64,000 nt of DNA, from the NCBI RefSeq assembly GCF_028641065.1, contig NC_073396.1:10416001-10480000 (forward strand). The letters run 5' to 3'. Under the pieces are notes generated by a model. That model was not told the DNA's origin and did no database searches. It saw only the letters and a program-made list of their open reading frames with translations. Position 1 is the stretch's first letter. Each line of letters starts with the position of its first letter. Positions 13,580 through 25,079 of the stretch are shown here, piece after piece. Origin of the DNA: Leucoraja erinacea (Eukaryota). The translations under genes were made by a program, and so were the position numbers.

Positions 13580-13856
13580 TTAGAGATACGGCATGGAATT
13601 TGGCCCTTTGGCCCACTGAGTCCATGCTGACCATCGATCACCCATCCACTAGTTCTATGTTATCTCATTTTCACATCCTGCACACTAGGGGACAATTTGC
13701 AGAAAGCAATTAACCTACAATCCTGCACGTCTTTCGCATGTGGGAGAAAACCGGAGCACCCGGTGAAAACCTAAACGGGGAGAACGTACCAACTCCGTAC
13801 AGACAGCACTTGTAGTCTGGATCGAACCGGGGTCTCTGGCGCTGTAAGGTAGCAAA
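13580..13856 (-). mobile_element. HE1-type V-SINE
   Basis: Reverse complement of the HE1 core and tail. Confidence 0.8.
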
Positions 13857-15294
13857 ACACTGTCGTTGCTCCACCAAATGCTGTCCTATGTAGAAATGCG
13901 GTGAGGTACAGGAACAATTAAAATTGCAGCAGCAGCAACACAGCACATACTCAGATAACACACAAAATCAAAAAATATGCATAAATTAAACCTGAACGAC
14001 ACATAAATTCTACAAGACAATGAAAAGAAGAAGACTGCACAAAAATAAGCCATTGGTGTAAAGATACACAATAAAAGAAGTACATAGGCATGCAAGGGAT
14101 GCTCCCTGATGTTTTGTTGCCAAGGTAAGATCAGAGTTGTGCAGGTCAGTTCAAAAACCAGATAGTTGCAGGAAAGTAGCTTTGTAGTGATGGCTTTGAA
14201 CATCTGTTTTTCTTACTGTGAAGATTTGCACTTAATTTTAACCTTTGAGCGCATGAGATGATTTCTCTTCCTCTCTCTGATCGTCTGGTGATCTCAGCGG
14301 TAGGCATGACATTTTCCATCAGGACGACTCCTCATGCCAGGGGACGTGCAGTATTTGTGAGATAAGGCCGTAAGACCATTAGAAAGAGGAGCAGAATTAG
14401 GCCATTCGGCCCATCGATTCTACTCCACCATTCAGTCACGGCTGATCCATTTTTCCCGCTCAATCCCATTCGCCTGCCTTCTCCCCTTAACCTTTGATCA
14501 CTAATAATTTGTGCAACAATGCCTTTGGATTACAGCAGGGAAGGGAAGAACATTTTATATTATAGATTATTTCACCGTGTGTAGGGTGTATCGATGGCAG
14601 GCACAATCCACGGGAGCATCACAGAACATGTGGAGAAGAAAGAGTCCCATTCTTTCCATGTCCTTCTGCCATATTGCCTGTACAAGCGATCTACATGTCA
14701 GCGTGTAACATGCAGGAACTCGGCTCCTCTCTTCCTTTATTGTTGTTGGATTGCTGCTACTTTCTTCACAAAACTGAGTTGAGGTGAGTGGAAAATCTTT
14801 GCTCACAATGGCCTGGACACCCCAGAGCACAATGAGGCAAAATATAGCAGAGACATCTACCAGGTTGGTGAGGTGGGGGAAGGGGGGGGGTCATCAAACT
14901 GTAGAATATGAGTGGCATGGTGGCGCAGCGGTAGAGTGCCAGAGACCTGGGTTCTATCCTCACCACGGGTGCTGTCGGGACGAAGTTTATACGTTTTCCC
15001 TTTGACCGCAAATGTTTTCTCCGGGTGCTCCGGTTTTCGCCCGCACTTCAAAGAGTCACAATCACTCATGGTTGGGGTTAGATTAAACCAGTTGCAGCTC
15101 GCCCTGGGTGTCTGACCATGCCACCATCCCCTTTGTTTCCCTATTGTAAACCCAATTGTCTCTTACACATCGACACAGAAAGCCTTAGTGTAATCTGCAG
15201 AAGACAGTGGAAGGTGCAAATCATTGGACAAAAGAAAGTTCTCCTTCTCGTGGACCAACAGCGAATTAAAGAAGATAGCGTGGGTCTTCATTAT

Positions 15295-15510
15295 GTGGTG
15301 GAGTAACTCAGCGGGTCAGGCAGCCTCTCTGGAGAAAAAGGATGGGTGACGGTTCAGGTTGTGACCCTTCTTCAGATCCGACCGGGATCATCCTTTTTGC
15401 TCGAGAGACGCTGGCTCTGAATTAAGGTCCCGACCGGAAATGTCACCCATCCTCTTTCTCCAGAGATGCTGGCTGACCTGCTGAGTTACTCCAGCACTTT
15501 ATGTCTATCT
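15295..15510. repeat. Palindromic Penelope-pLTR-derived repeat
   Basis: GGAGTAACTCAGCGGGTCAGGCAGC..GGGTGAC.. and inverted GTCACCCATCC..GCTGAGTTACTCC arms. Confidence 0.75.
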
Positions 15511-17361
15511 ATGAATACAATATTTATCAGAGAGGTCCGGAATAATGCGATGTCACTGAACATTCCGTGGGAGTATGGTCATCGCTAATGGAATCTTAGG
15601 CAAAAAACAAAGTGCGGGAGGAACTCAGCAGGTCACGCACCATCTTGCGAAGGGAACGTCGGCAAAGGCTCCCAACCCAAAATGTTGTCTGTCCAACCCA
15701 TCCGCAGATGCTGCCTGACCTACTGAGTTCCTTCAGCACATAACCTGACGAGTTAGACTTTCAAAAGGCCATGAGGTGAAAAGTAATTGGAGCAGAATTA
15801 GACCATTCGGACCATCAAGGCTACTCTGCCATTCAGATTTTCAAGAGAGAGTTAGATTTAGCTCTTAGGGCTAACAGAATCAAGGGATATGGGAAGAAAG
15901 CAGGAACGGGGTACTGATTTTGGATGATCAGCCATGATCATATTGAATGGCGGTGTTGGCTCGAAGGGCTGAAAGGTCTACTCCTGCACCTATTATTTGT
16001 TTCTATTCAATTGTGGCTGATTTATCTCCCCCCCCCCCCCCAACCCCATTCTCCTGCCTTCTTCCCTTAACCTCTGACGCCCGTACTACTCAAGAATCTA
16101 TCTATCTCTGCCGTAAAAATATCGATCAACTTTCAATTGCAACAGAGCTAAAATACTGTAGTTCCAAAGTACCTCAGCTCCACTCCCGACCACATGGAGA
16201 ACTCCGAAAAAAATCATCCCACTCTATGACCTGACTTTGCAGAACTTTTTATTGCAGCTGTTCTGTGATACATTGAAACATTAACTAATCGCAAGGCTTA
16301 TTTTACAGCCTGCAGATGGAGTGCATCTTTACAACTATGTTTCGTGGACTACCATTCATTAACATTTTTATGACATTAACCTTACAATTGTCTTCACACG
16401 GTGATTGAAAAATAAAGCGAGGATAAATTCATCAGATCAATTTTCATTTTTAAAAGCTATTAATTTTTTTTTTAATATCTCCAAACAGGATAGTTTATTT
16501 TTGACCGCACATTGCAAGGTTTTAGTTGAAATTGATTTATGAACAGACATATTTAAAATGTAATGACCTTTAGTCAGAGGCAAGATCCCAGATTCCTGGA
16601 AAGAGTGGGATCAATTCTAATGTTGTATTGGCTTTTTTTAACCTGAACAAAAGCTTAATAACAGTAGGGCCGCAATTTACAAAAACATTACAACCGTATG
16701 GATTTTCATTACCACGACATTGACTTTTCATGGTATGAGTTTTCAATTTACAAATAGGTTTTTTGCTATGAAAATATCACACCACTCTCCACCTATACGA
16801 AAGCTTCTAAGAACTTCTATGCAGGCGGCAGAGCTGGGCCCATCTCTGTTTGTGATTTAGTTCAATGGTTTGATTGAGAATGTACATGGCATGGTTACTA
16901 AGTTTGCAGATGACACTAAAGTAGGTGGCATGGTAGACAATGAGGATGGTTATATAAAATTACAGCAGGCCCTTGATCAGCTGGGCATGTGGGCTGACGA
17001 GTGGGTGATGGAGTTTAATACAGAGAAGTGCTAGGTTGCATTTTGGGATGTCGATCAGGGCAGGGCCTTCACAGTGAATGACAGGGCCCTGGGGAGTATT
17101 GTAAAGCAGAGGGATTTAGTGCAAGCATATAGTTCCTTTAAAGTGGCGTCACAGGTAAATAGGGTGGTAAATAAAGGCTTTGGGTACATTGGCCTTCATC
17201 AGTCAGGGTTATGGAATGTAGAAGTTGGAATGTTATGTTACAGTTGTATGAGACATTGGCGAGGCCACATTTGGAGTACTGTGTTCAGTTTTGGTCAACC
17301 CTGCGACATGAGGAATGCCATTAAGCTGGAACGTGTGGGGCTAGCACTTTATTCCTTGGAG

Positions 17362-17413
17362 CAGGGGCCTCCAAACTTTTCAGCATGAGGGCCACATTAT
17401 ATATTTGGCACAT
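17362..17413 (+). mobile_element. Left end of a hAT-Charlie-like element (runs into gap)
   Basis: CAGGGGCCTCCAAACTTTT..GAGGGCCACAT resembles Charlie-type TIR starts. It breaks the CR1 sequence. The right end is not visible. Confidence 0.5.
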
Positions 17414-17561
17414 NNNNNNNNNNNNNNNNNNNNNNNNNNNNNNNNNNNNNNNNNNNNNNNNNNNNNNNNNNNNNNNNNNNNNNNNNNNNNNNNNNNNNNN
17501 NNNNNNNNNNNNNNNNNNNNNNNNNNNNNNNNNNNNNNNNNNNNNNNNNNNNNNNNNNNNN
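17414..17561. other. Assembly gap (N run)
   Basis: 148 consecutive N. Confidence 1.
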
Positions 17562-18204
17562 GGTAGGTGGAATGAGCTGCCACAGGAGGCCATTGAAGCA
17601 GGTACGTTACAGCATTTAAAAGACACTTGGACAGATACATGGGCAAAGAAGGTTTAGAGGGTAATGGGCTAAATGCGGGCAAATGAGACTAGGTTTGATG
17701 GAGCATTTTGGTCAGCATGGACGTTGGGCCAAAAAGAGCCTGTTTCCGTGCTGTATGACTCTCTGACTCTCCTGAGTGATTTCTCTCACACGTTTTGATA
17801 CATTATTGATTATTTTGCAATTCGGATGCAGAGCCATGGATTTCCTAATCATTCTCATGTTCCGAAATGAGGCGGAAAAAACTTAGTGAATGAACAAAAG
17901 GCACTTAAAATCAAAGCATTTACAAATACTTTTGTTTCCTCCGTGGTAGAATTATATTCAAAGGATTTGGTGAGGAAGTCTGTGACTTCTCTGCACTGAA
18001 GGCTGTTTTACTCGCTGAGGCAATTGGAAACTGCAGGCAATATGTGAGCAGCTAGCTGAAAATCTATTGCCTACCGTTAAAATATGCTCCACAAGGGCAT
18101 GGCTACTCTGCCTTGCATTTATTTAGCTATATTATTCCCATATATCTACCGAGATGTGGTGGCAGGTTCATGTTGAAGCTGGCGGAAATACTCTAGAATG
18201 CAGC

Positions 18205-18527
18205 ACGGCACGGTGGCGCAGCGGTAGAGTTGTTGCCTTACAGTGCTTGCAGTGCCAGAGACCCGGGTTCGATCCTGACTACGGGTGCTTGTCTGTACGG
18301 AGTTTGTACGTTCTCCCCGTGACCTGCGTTGGTTTTCTCCGAGATCTTCGGTTTCCACCCACACTGCAAAGACGTACAGGTTTGTAGGTTAATTGGCTTG
18401 GTATAAGTGTAAAATTGTCCCTAGTGTGTGTAGGATAGTGCTAATGTAAGGAGATCGCTGGTCGGTGCGGACTCGATGGACCGAAGGGCCTGTTTCCGTG
18501 CTGTATCTCTAAACTAAACTAAACTAA
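18205..18527 (+). mobile_element. Full-length HE1-type V-SINE
   Basis: GGCACGGTGGCGCAGCGG A-box, GGTTCGATCC B-box, V-domain, (TAAAC)n tail. Confidence 0.9.
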
Positions 18528-18640
18528 GAATGATAGGTACAAAGTGCTGGAGTAACACTGCGGGTCTGGCAGCTTCTTTGGAGAAAAGTAATATGTGACT
18601 TTTCAGATCAAGACCCTTCCTCGCGCTGGAAGATAGAGAA

Positions 18641-19157
18641 TAGGGTTGCCTACTGTCCCGTATTAGCCGGGACATCCCGTATATTGGGCTAAATTGGTTT
18701 GTCCCATACGGGATCGCCCTTGTCCCATATTTGACTTGGGTCAAGGGGATTGTCGGGTCAGAGCGCCGCATCCAGCCGTGCCTCACCCGTCCCGACGTAG
18801 TGCAGCCCATGGAGTGCAGCAGCAGTAGCACCTCGCCCGTGGCCCCGTCGGTCGGCAGCCCGGCCAGCTGTCCGACCTTCAGACCTTCGCTTATCGCCAA
18901 CACCACCACCCCTCCTTCTCATGGATGATCATCGATTCATGAGTTGGATGGGGTGCCGGACTTTGCGCGCGACATTGCGCGCTCGGGATAAAACTACTCA
19001 GCTGGCCCGCCGGCTGGGCTTTGTGTGCAGTTCAGCACCCGGTCCAACTCATCATTCACCCAGCCACGGCCGCGTCGGTCAACAAATTGTCGTCGGAAAT
19101 TTGTCCCGTATTTTAACTTTTGTCCCTTATTTGGGAGTGATAAAGTTGGCGACCCTA
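18641..19157. mobile_element. Non-autonomous hAT DNA transposon (517 bp)
   Basis: TIRs TAGGGTTGCC / GGCGACCCTA. 8-bp TSD ATAGAGAA (18633-18640) / CCAGAGAA (19158-19165). Repeated subterminal TGTCCC(G/A/T)TAT motifs. Confidence 0.85.
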
Positions 19158-20394
19158 CCAGAGAATGATATGTTGGATGCGGAGGACAGCTAGATGAAAG
19201 GGAAGGACAAGAGGAGCTCATTTAATCCAAATGTACCACAGTGTTAAGAATTATTTTAATACACCCTTCAACGCCGTTCAACATCCTTCATTCCCTCTCC
19301 AATGTGGCCATATAAATAAGGACCAAGCCACACAAGTTCTCCCATGTTTCAGTTCTTGATTAGTAAGGGTGTCAGGGGTTATGGGGAGAAGGTAGGAGAT
19401 GAGAGGGGTTGAGAGGGAGAGATAGATCAGCCATGATTGAGTGGTGGCGTAGAATTGATGAGCCGAATGTTCTAAGTCTGCTCCTAGTACTTATGAACTT
19501 TCATATATCTGTACACTGCGAATGGCTCGATTGTAATCATGTATTATTTTTCCACTGCCGAGCAACAAAAGCTTTTAACTGTTCCTCGGTACAAGTGGCA
19601 ATAAACTAACCTAAACTAAACTTATGAAATTTCCCACTGTTAGCAAGAGCAATTGGTAGATTTCATACCATTCATTTCTTTATAAAGCGAGTACCAAGAT
19701 CTGGAATGCATAGGCAGGGGGTGAAGTGGATGAAGACACGTACTGTTCAGATAAGAGCTGGATTAGTATCAGAAAATAAAGAATTTGCAGAGCTCTGGGG
19801 ACAGAGCAAGGGAGTAAGTCTACATGAATTGTTCGTACGTCGAGCTGGTACAGACTCAATGGGCCGAAGGGCCCCTGTCCATGCTGCCACCATGCTGTGA
19901 CTATAATACTCAAACGCTCATTGTGAGAACCAACTTACTTTAATGAAAATGATACTGCCACAAAAGCAAGAACAGAGCAGTTTTGGGTATTTGGATCATT
20001 ATGTCTAATTGGTGATTAGATCCCCTGCAGTCATGACATATGATTCCAGTGAAATATCTGTCTGCAGAGCGTGAGGCAAGATAATGAGACCCACAGCTGC
20101 ACAAGAACTGTGGCGGTGAGTACTGGAGGCATTTTGTGGCTTAGGTACATCTAGTCTGCCCAGACACACAACCCAGGAGATCCCTTAATATGCTTGAAAC
20201 ATCCTGCACAAAGTCAAATCCATAAGAAGAAAAAGTTGCCTAACTAAACTAAACAAAACAATGCGTGATCTTATATAGAGGTGTATGAGATCATGAGAGG
20301 AATAGATCAGGTAGATGCACAGAGTCCCTTGCCCAGAGTGGGTGAGTCGAGGACCAGAGGATATAGGTTTAAGGCAAAATTGGTGATCTATATG

Positions 20395-20577
20395 TGTAAG
20401 AAGGAATTGCAGATGCTGGTTTAAACCGAAGATGGACACGAAAAGCTGGAGTAACTCAGCGGGACAGGCAGCATCTCTGGAGAGAAGGAAGAAGGGTCTC
20501 GACCTGAAACATCACCCATTCTTTCTCTCCAGAGATGCTGCCTGTCCCGCAGAGTTACCCCAGCTTTTTGTGTCTAT
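20395..20577. repeat. Palindromic Penelope-pLTR-derived repeat
   Basis: Inverted arms GCTGGAGTAACTCAGCGGGACAGGCAGCATCTCTGGAGAGAAG / CTTTCTCTCCAGAGATGCTGCCTGTCCCGCAGAGTTACCCCAGC around a degenerate hammerhead core. Confidence 0.8.
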
Positions 20578-21002
20578 TTTCTATTGTAGGTTATCTGGAC
20601 TGAGCAGGAAGATGCAAAGTAGTAAAGACGGATTAAATGGATGTTAAAAGCTGTGGCAATGGAAACTTAAGAGAAAATGAGCAGGAGTAGATCCTGAAAC
20701 CTAAGCCGCCATCCGCTTGGATCATAACTCTATCAACTCCATTTATTCAGCTTGAGTCCATTGTCTTTAGTCCTTATTGGGTGTTGCCCTTATAAACATT
20801 CACAAATATCACTTCTGAAGTTTTCTGGACTTTATCTTGCACTAAACGTTATTCCCTTTATCCTGTATCTGTACACTGTGGATGTTTTAGTTGTAATCAC
20901 CATAAGTCTTTTCGCCATCTGGATAGCAGTTGACAAAAGAAGCTTTTCACTGTACCTTGGCACACGTGACTATAAACTAAACTAAACTAAACTAAACTAA
21001 AC

Positions 21003-21385
21003 AGTGCGTGATCTTATATAGAGGTGTATAAAATCATGAGAGGAATAGATCAGGTAGATGCACAGATTCCCTTGCCCAGAGTGGGTGAGTCGAGGACCAG
21101 AGGATATAGGTTTAAGGTGAAGGGGAAAAGATGTAATAGGAATTTGAGGGGTAACATTTTCACACAAAGGGTGGTGGGGTTATGGAACAAACTGTCAAAG
21201 GAGGCTGAGGCTGGGACTATCCCAACGTTTAAGAAACAGTTAGACAGGTGCATGGATGGATATGGATCAAATGTGGTCAGGTGGGAAGAGTGTAGCTGGG
21301 ACATGTTGGCCGGAGTGGGCAAGTGGGGCCGAAGGGCCTGTTTCCACACTGTATCTCTCTATGACTCTATCACTCTATGACTCTA
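21003..21385 (+). mobile_element. CR1/HER1 LINE 3' fragment
   Basis: ORF 21024-21380 (YKIMRGIDQVD..RGNIFTQRVVGLWNKL) and (CTATGACT)n-like tail. Confidence 0.85.
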
Positions 21386-22684
21386 TAATTTTATAATGCA
21401 TACTAGGAAGTCAAATTCTGGTAGGACGTTCAGAGTAAATATCTGGGACTTGAGGATTATTGACACACTGAGGGACCTTGGGGTGCAGGTCCGCTGGAGT
21501 GATGCCACATGCCTTTGGGGAGATCGAGGTGTTGGTTCTGGAGAGGGAATGGGATGGGATATCAGGCCTAGGACAACTTCCAAAGAGATCCCTTTATTCC
21601 CGTACCTGCTGCGTATGCTACTCTCTCAAAAAATTTGGTTAGATCTGTTCAGTGTGACTTGCCCTTTAACATCTGTTCCCAAGTATCATCGATCACTGCC
21701 TAATAGCAGGTCATTTCCCTGCAACAAACATCACACCAGTACACATATAATTTCCTGTTTTATCTTTCCCATCTGTCTTAATGGAGTTAGACACAAAAAG
21801 CTGGAGTAAATCAGAGGGTCAGGCAGCATCTCTGGAGAAAAGGAATAGGTGATGTTTCTGGTCGAGACCTTTCCTCAGACTGAGAGTCTTGGGAAAGGGA
21901 CAAAGACGGTGATATAGAGAGATAGAAATGAAATGATATACAAAAAGTAACGATAATCAAAGAAACGTGGAGCCCACAAGGGTTGATTGTCTGCTGTGGT
22001 CTAGATGGAGTGATAGTTTACTATTCCAAGGGGATTATACCTGATTCCGTAAATATTTAACGTTGACCTATTAATACAAATTCTGAGCTTTCTCTTGCAC
22101 CCACTCACATTGTACTCTTTGCTATTCTCTGTATTCTCTCCACCACATATTACCGTTATTTTGCCTTTGTATGTGTCCTTTTTTTAATTCAATTACGTCT
22201 TTCATTTCCCGCGCTGACCAAGGTTATTTAATTTTACACAGAATTGCTTTTGTCCCTTTGGAGTAGGCACTTATCTTGTACGTTGCATCCTTGAATTCTA
22301 CCCACCATCCATCCATACTTTTATCTACTCATAATTCTGCCCAATGCACTGGGAACAAATCGGATTTCATCAATCCCAGCACAATTGAAACCTTTTTTCA
22401 AAGAGAGGTAGTGTGACATCATTTGCCTTAGACCACGAAAGAACATTTTCGAAATTGCAAGAAACACGGAACTGAAGGAGCAAAGAATGTGGGAATTCCA
22501 AGGACATATTTCACCAAAGATAGTTAATTAACTTTTGCTGTGAGTCAGTTGGCGGCTAAACTATAACGAGGTCACATTTTGGTTGTTCAGCACCTTGTTC
22601 TGGAATAAACATTATGTTTTGGTCATTGCATCTCAGGGAAGTTACATTGAGCTTGGAGATAGTACAGCACGGGAAATTGGCCAC

Positions 22685-23270
22685 GGTGGGCCACAGTGGG
22701 GTAGCAGAAGAGTTACTGCCTTACATCACTTGCAGCACCGGAGACCCGGGTTCGTTCCAGACCATGGAGTTTGTACGCTCTCCCCGTGACCGCGTGGGTT
22801 TGGGAAGCGCGGTGGCACAGTGTTGCTGCCTTACAAAGCTTGCAGCGCCAGAGACCCGGGTTCGATCCCGACTACGGGTGCTGTCTGTATGGAGTTCGTA
22901 TGTTCTCCCCGTGAGAACCCCGTAGGTTTACTCCGAGATCTTTGGTTTGCACCCACACTAATTGGCTTGGTGTATGTGTAAAGTGTCCCTAGTATGTGTA
23001 GGATGGCGTTCTAGGAGGTTCTAGGAAGCGGGGTGGCATTGATGGTCAAACAAGGACCCTTTCTCAGACTGAGTCTGAAGAAGGGTCCCGACCAGGCTGC
23101 GCAGTGGCACAGCAGTAGAGTTGCTGCCTTATAGCACCAGGGACCCAGGTTCAATCCTGACTACGACTGTTTGTCTGTATGGAGTTTGTACGTAGGATAG
23201 TGTTAGTGTGCGGGGCGCGGTCCCGGTTGGCTGAAGGGTTTGTTTCCACGCTGTATCTCCAAACTAATCT
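22685..23270 (+). mobile_element. Cluster of three partial HE1 SINEs plus a pLTR fragment
   Basis: Repeated SINE heads near 22690, 22810 and 23100. CTGAAGAAGGGTCCCGACC at ~23075. Confidence 0.75.
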
Positions 23271-24029
23271 CACCTATCCATTTTCTCTAGTGACGAGCTG
23301 AGTTACTCCAGCATTTTGTGTCTATCTAAAACCGCTACAAAGTTTGCTTTGTGTTTGAGACCAAAGCACAGAAGAAAATACGGGTCAATGATAAGGTATC
23401 AGCGGCATAAGAGGCAGCCAGTGGTAGACAACATGGCATAGTTATGTAGATAACGTACAAGGTCTGCCGGAGGGAGCAATTGCCGGAGAGTGGATGGAGC
23501 ACCTAACAAAGTTTTCTACTTGGAAATACAGAGACAGGTTGCAGGTCCACCTGTCAAGCCGCATGTCAGCCTGTTGTCCCAGCGTGCTGTTAGGACCTTG
23601 TGCTTAGTGTGAGGAAGTCGTGCAGTGAAGGCTCAGGCGGGTATTATTTGTCTTTTCCGAAGGACTCAACACCTGCGTCAGTTGTCGGCACTTCCTGCTG
23701 ATCTTTCCGCCTTCGTCAATCCGCCAAGTGTGGACAACTGGCACGACGGATGAGTGACCTCTGCCCGTCCGACCTGCATCTTGATCAGATGTCGACACCC
23801 AGGCATCTTTCTGGGTCCTGTGCGCAAGATTATTCGGCGAGTATTTGCTGCGATTCTGGAATTTAAAACCTCATTCACCTCACTCTCAAGCCTAGATGTT
23901 TTGCGACCAAAATGACAAGGCTGCCCATGAAATACAGAGACAACCCAACCTTAAGATTCTTTTACAGAAAAAATAATAACCATCATGAAAGCTATCTCGC
24001 CCCGCTGGGTCCCCTACCCCCATTTATAG

Positions 24030-24460
24030 TGTAGACCTATGGTGGAATTTGGAGAGAAGTTGAGCAGGCCCAAACTCCATTCCTTGGTGTGTAGGGGCGA
24101 TCTTATAGAGATGTATAAAATCATGAGGGGCATAGACAGGGTGAATGCACACACTCTCATCCCCAAGTTTGGGGAATAAAGAACTAGAGGGCATAGGTTT
24201 AAGGTGAGTGGGGAAAGATTTAATAGAAACCTGAGGCCCAACTTTTCACACGTATGTGGTGGTACGTATATGCAACAAGCTGCCAGAGGATGAGATTGAG
24301 GCAGGTACGTTAACAACCATCTTAAAAGACAATGGTAGGAAAGATTTAGAAGGAAATGGGTGAAATGCAGGCAAATGGGGCTCGAGAGGATAGGTAACTT
24401 GGTTGGTGTAGATGACTTGGGCCAAAGAGCCTATTTCCGTGCTGTATGACTTACTGATTC
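24030..24460 (+). mobile_element. CR1 LINE 3' fragment
   Basis: GGGGCGATCTTATAGAGATGTATAAAATCATGAGGGG.. CR1 C-terminal coding plus tail. Confidence 0.75.
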
Positions 24461-24571
24461 TATGGTTCTAAGATCTATCAATGGATGCTGATGTTCATTT
24501 TGATTCTTGGCAATCTTAGAGGGGACTGTTAGGCTTTCCATGATCATACAAGTGTTGAGTTCATTGGTAAT

Positions 24572-24795
24572 TGTTGTGTCTTCGTGTTTGATATCCTGAT
24601 AATAAACGACACAATTCAGGTTGTTTCAGCTGCCTTATTGTACTCCTTTATTCAGCTCCTTTGTCTGTGTGCCATAGTAATAATAAAGTGCTTACATACC
24701 TAATCACAGTGTGTGTGTGTGTGTGGTGAGTGTGCCTGATACAAAGTAGTGCAGGAGGTTGGGACTGCTACAATGAATATGTAGCATATGTAACA
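24572..24795 (-). repeat. 3' LTR (224 bp)
   Basis: TGTTAC...ACAACA on the minus strand. 68 of 69 nt identical to 27847-27915. Contains AATAAA on the minus strand. Confidence 0.9.
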
Positions 24796-25079
24796 TCCCC
24801 CTTCTCAAAAGAAAGGAACAAAAATTAGTAAAATATCTAAGTTAGTTTGTAACACTAGAGGATTGCCAGAGCGAGGGTGGCAATCCTGTAGCAGATACCG
24901 TGGGATTAATCTGCCCACATTCGTGGCATTCTGCTTTCTAATATACTACACAACAAAATATATAATGGAATGCTTTCTAATATACTACACAACAAAATAT
25001 ATAATGGCAGCTTGTTTTCTTTCAGGTAGTGCGTATCCAGTCAAGAGTCATGTCTTGGCGTGACTTGTCCCTTCCAGTG

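Larger units (their letters stand above)
16850..17770 (+). mobile_element. CR1-type LINE fragment interrupted by a hAT-like insertion and an N gap
   Basis: AAGTTTGCAGATGACACTAAAGTAGG = KFADDTKVG (CR1 RT motif). CR1 tail resumes after the gap. Confidence 0.8.

Noticed and set aside
17321-17682. ORFs containing X runs
   Set aside because: They span the N gap and are artefactual.
18205-18280. tRNA-like sequences with A/B boxes (also in other copies)
   Set aside because: These are SINE heads continuing into the V-domain and LINE tail, not tRNA genes.
18514-19221. Overlapping GC-rich ORFs
   Set aside because: They lie mostly within a non-autonomous hAT element, with no transposase motifs.
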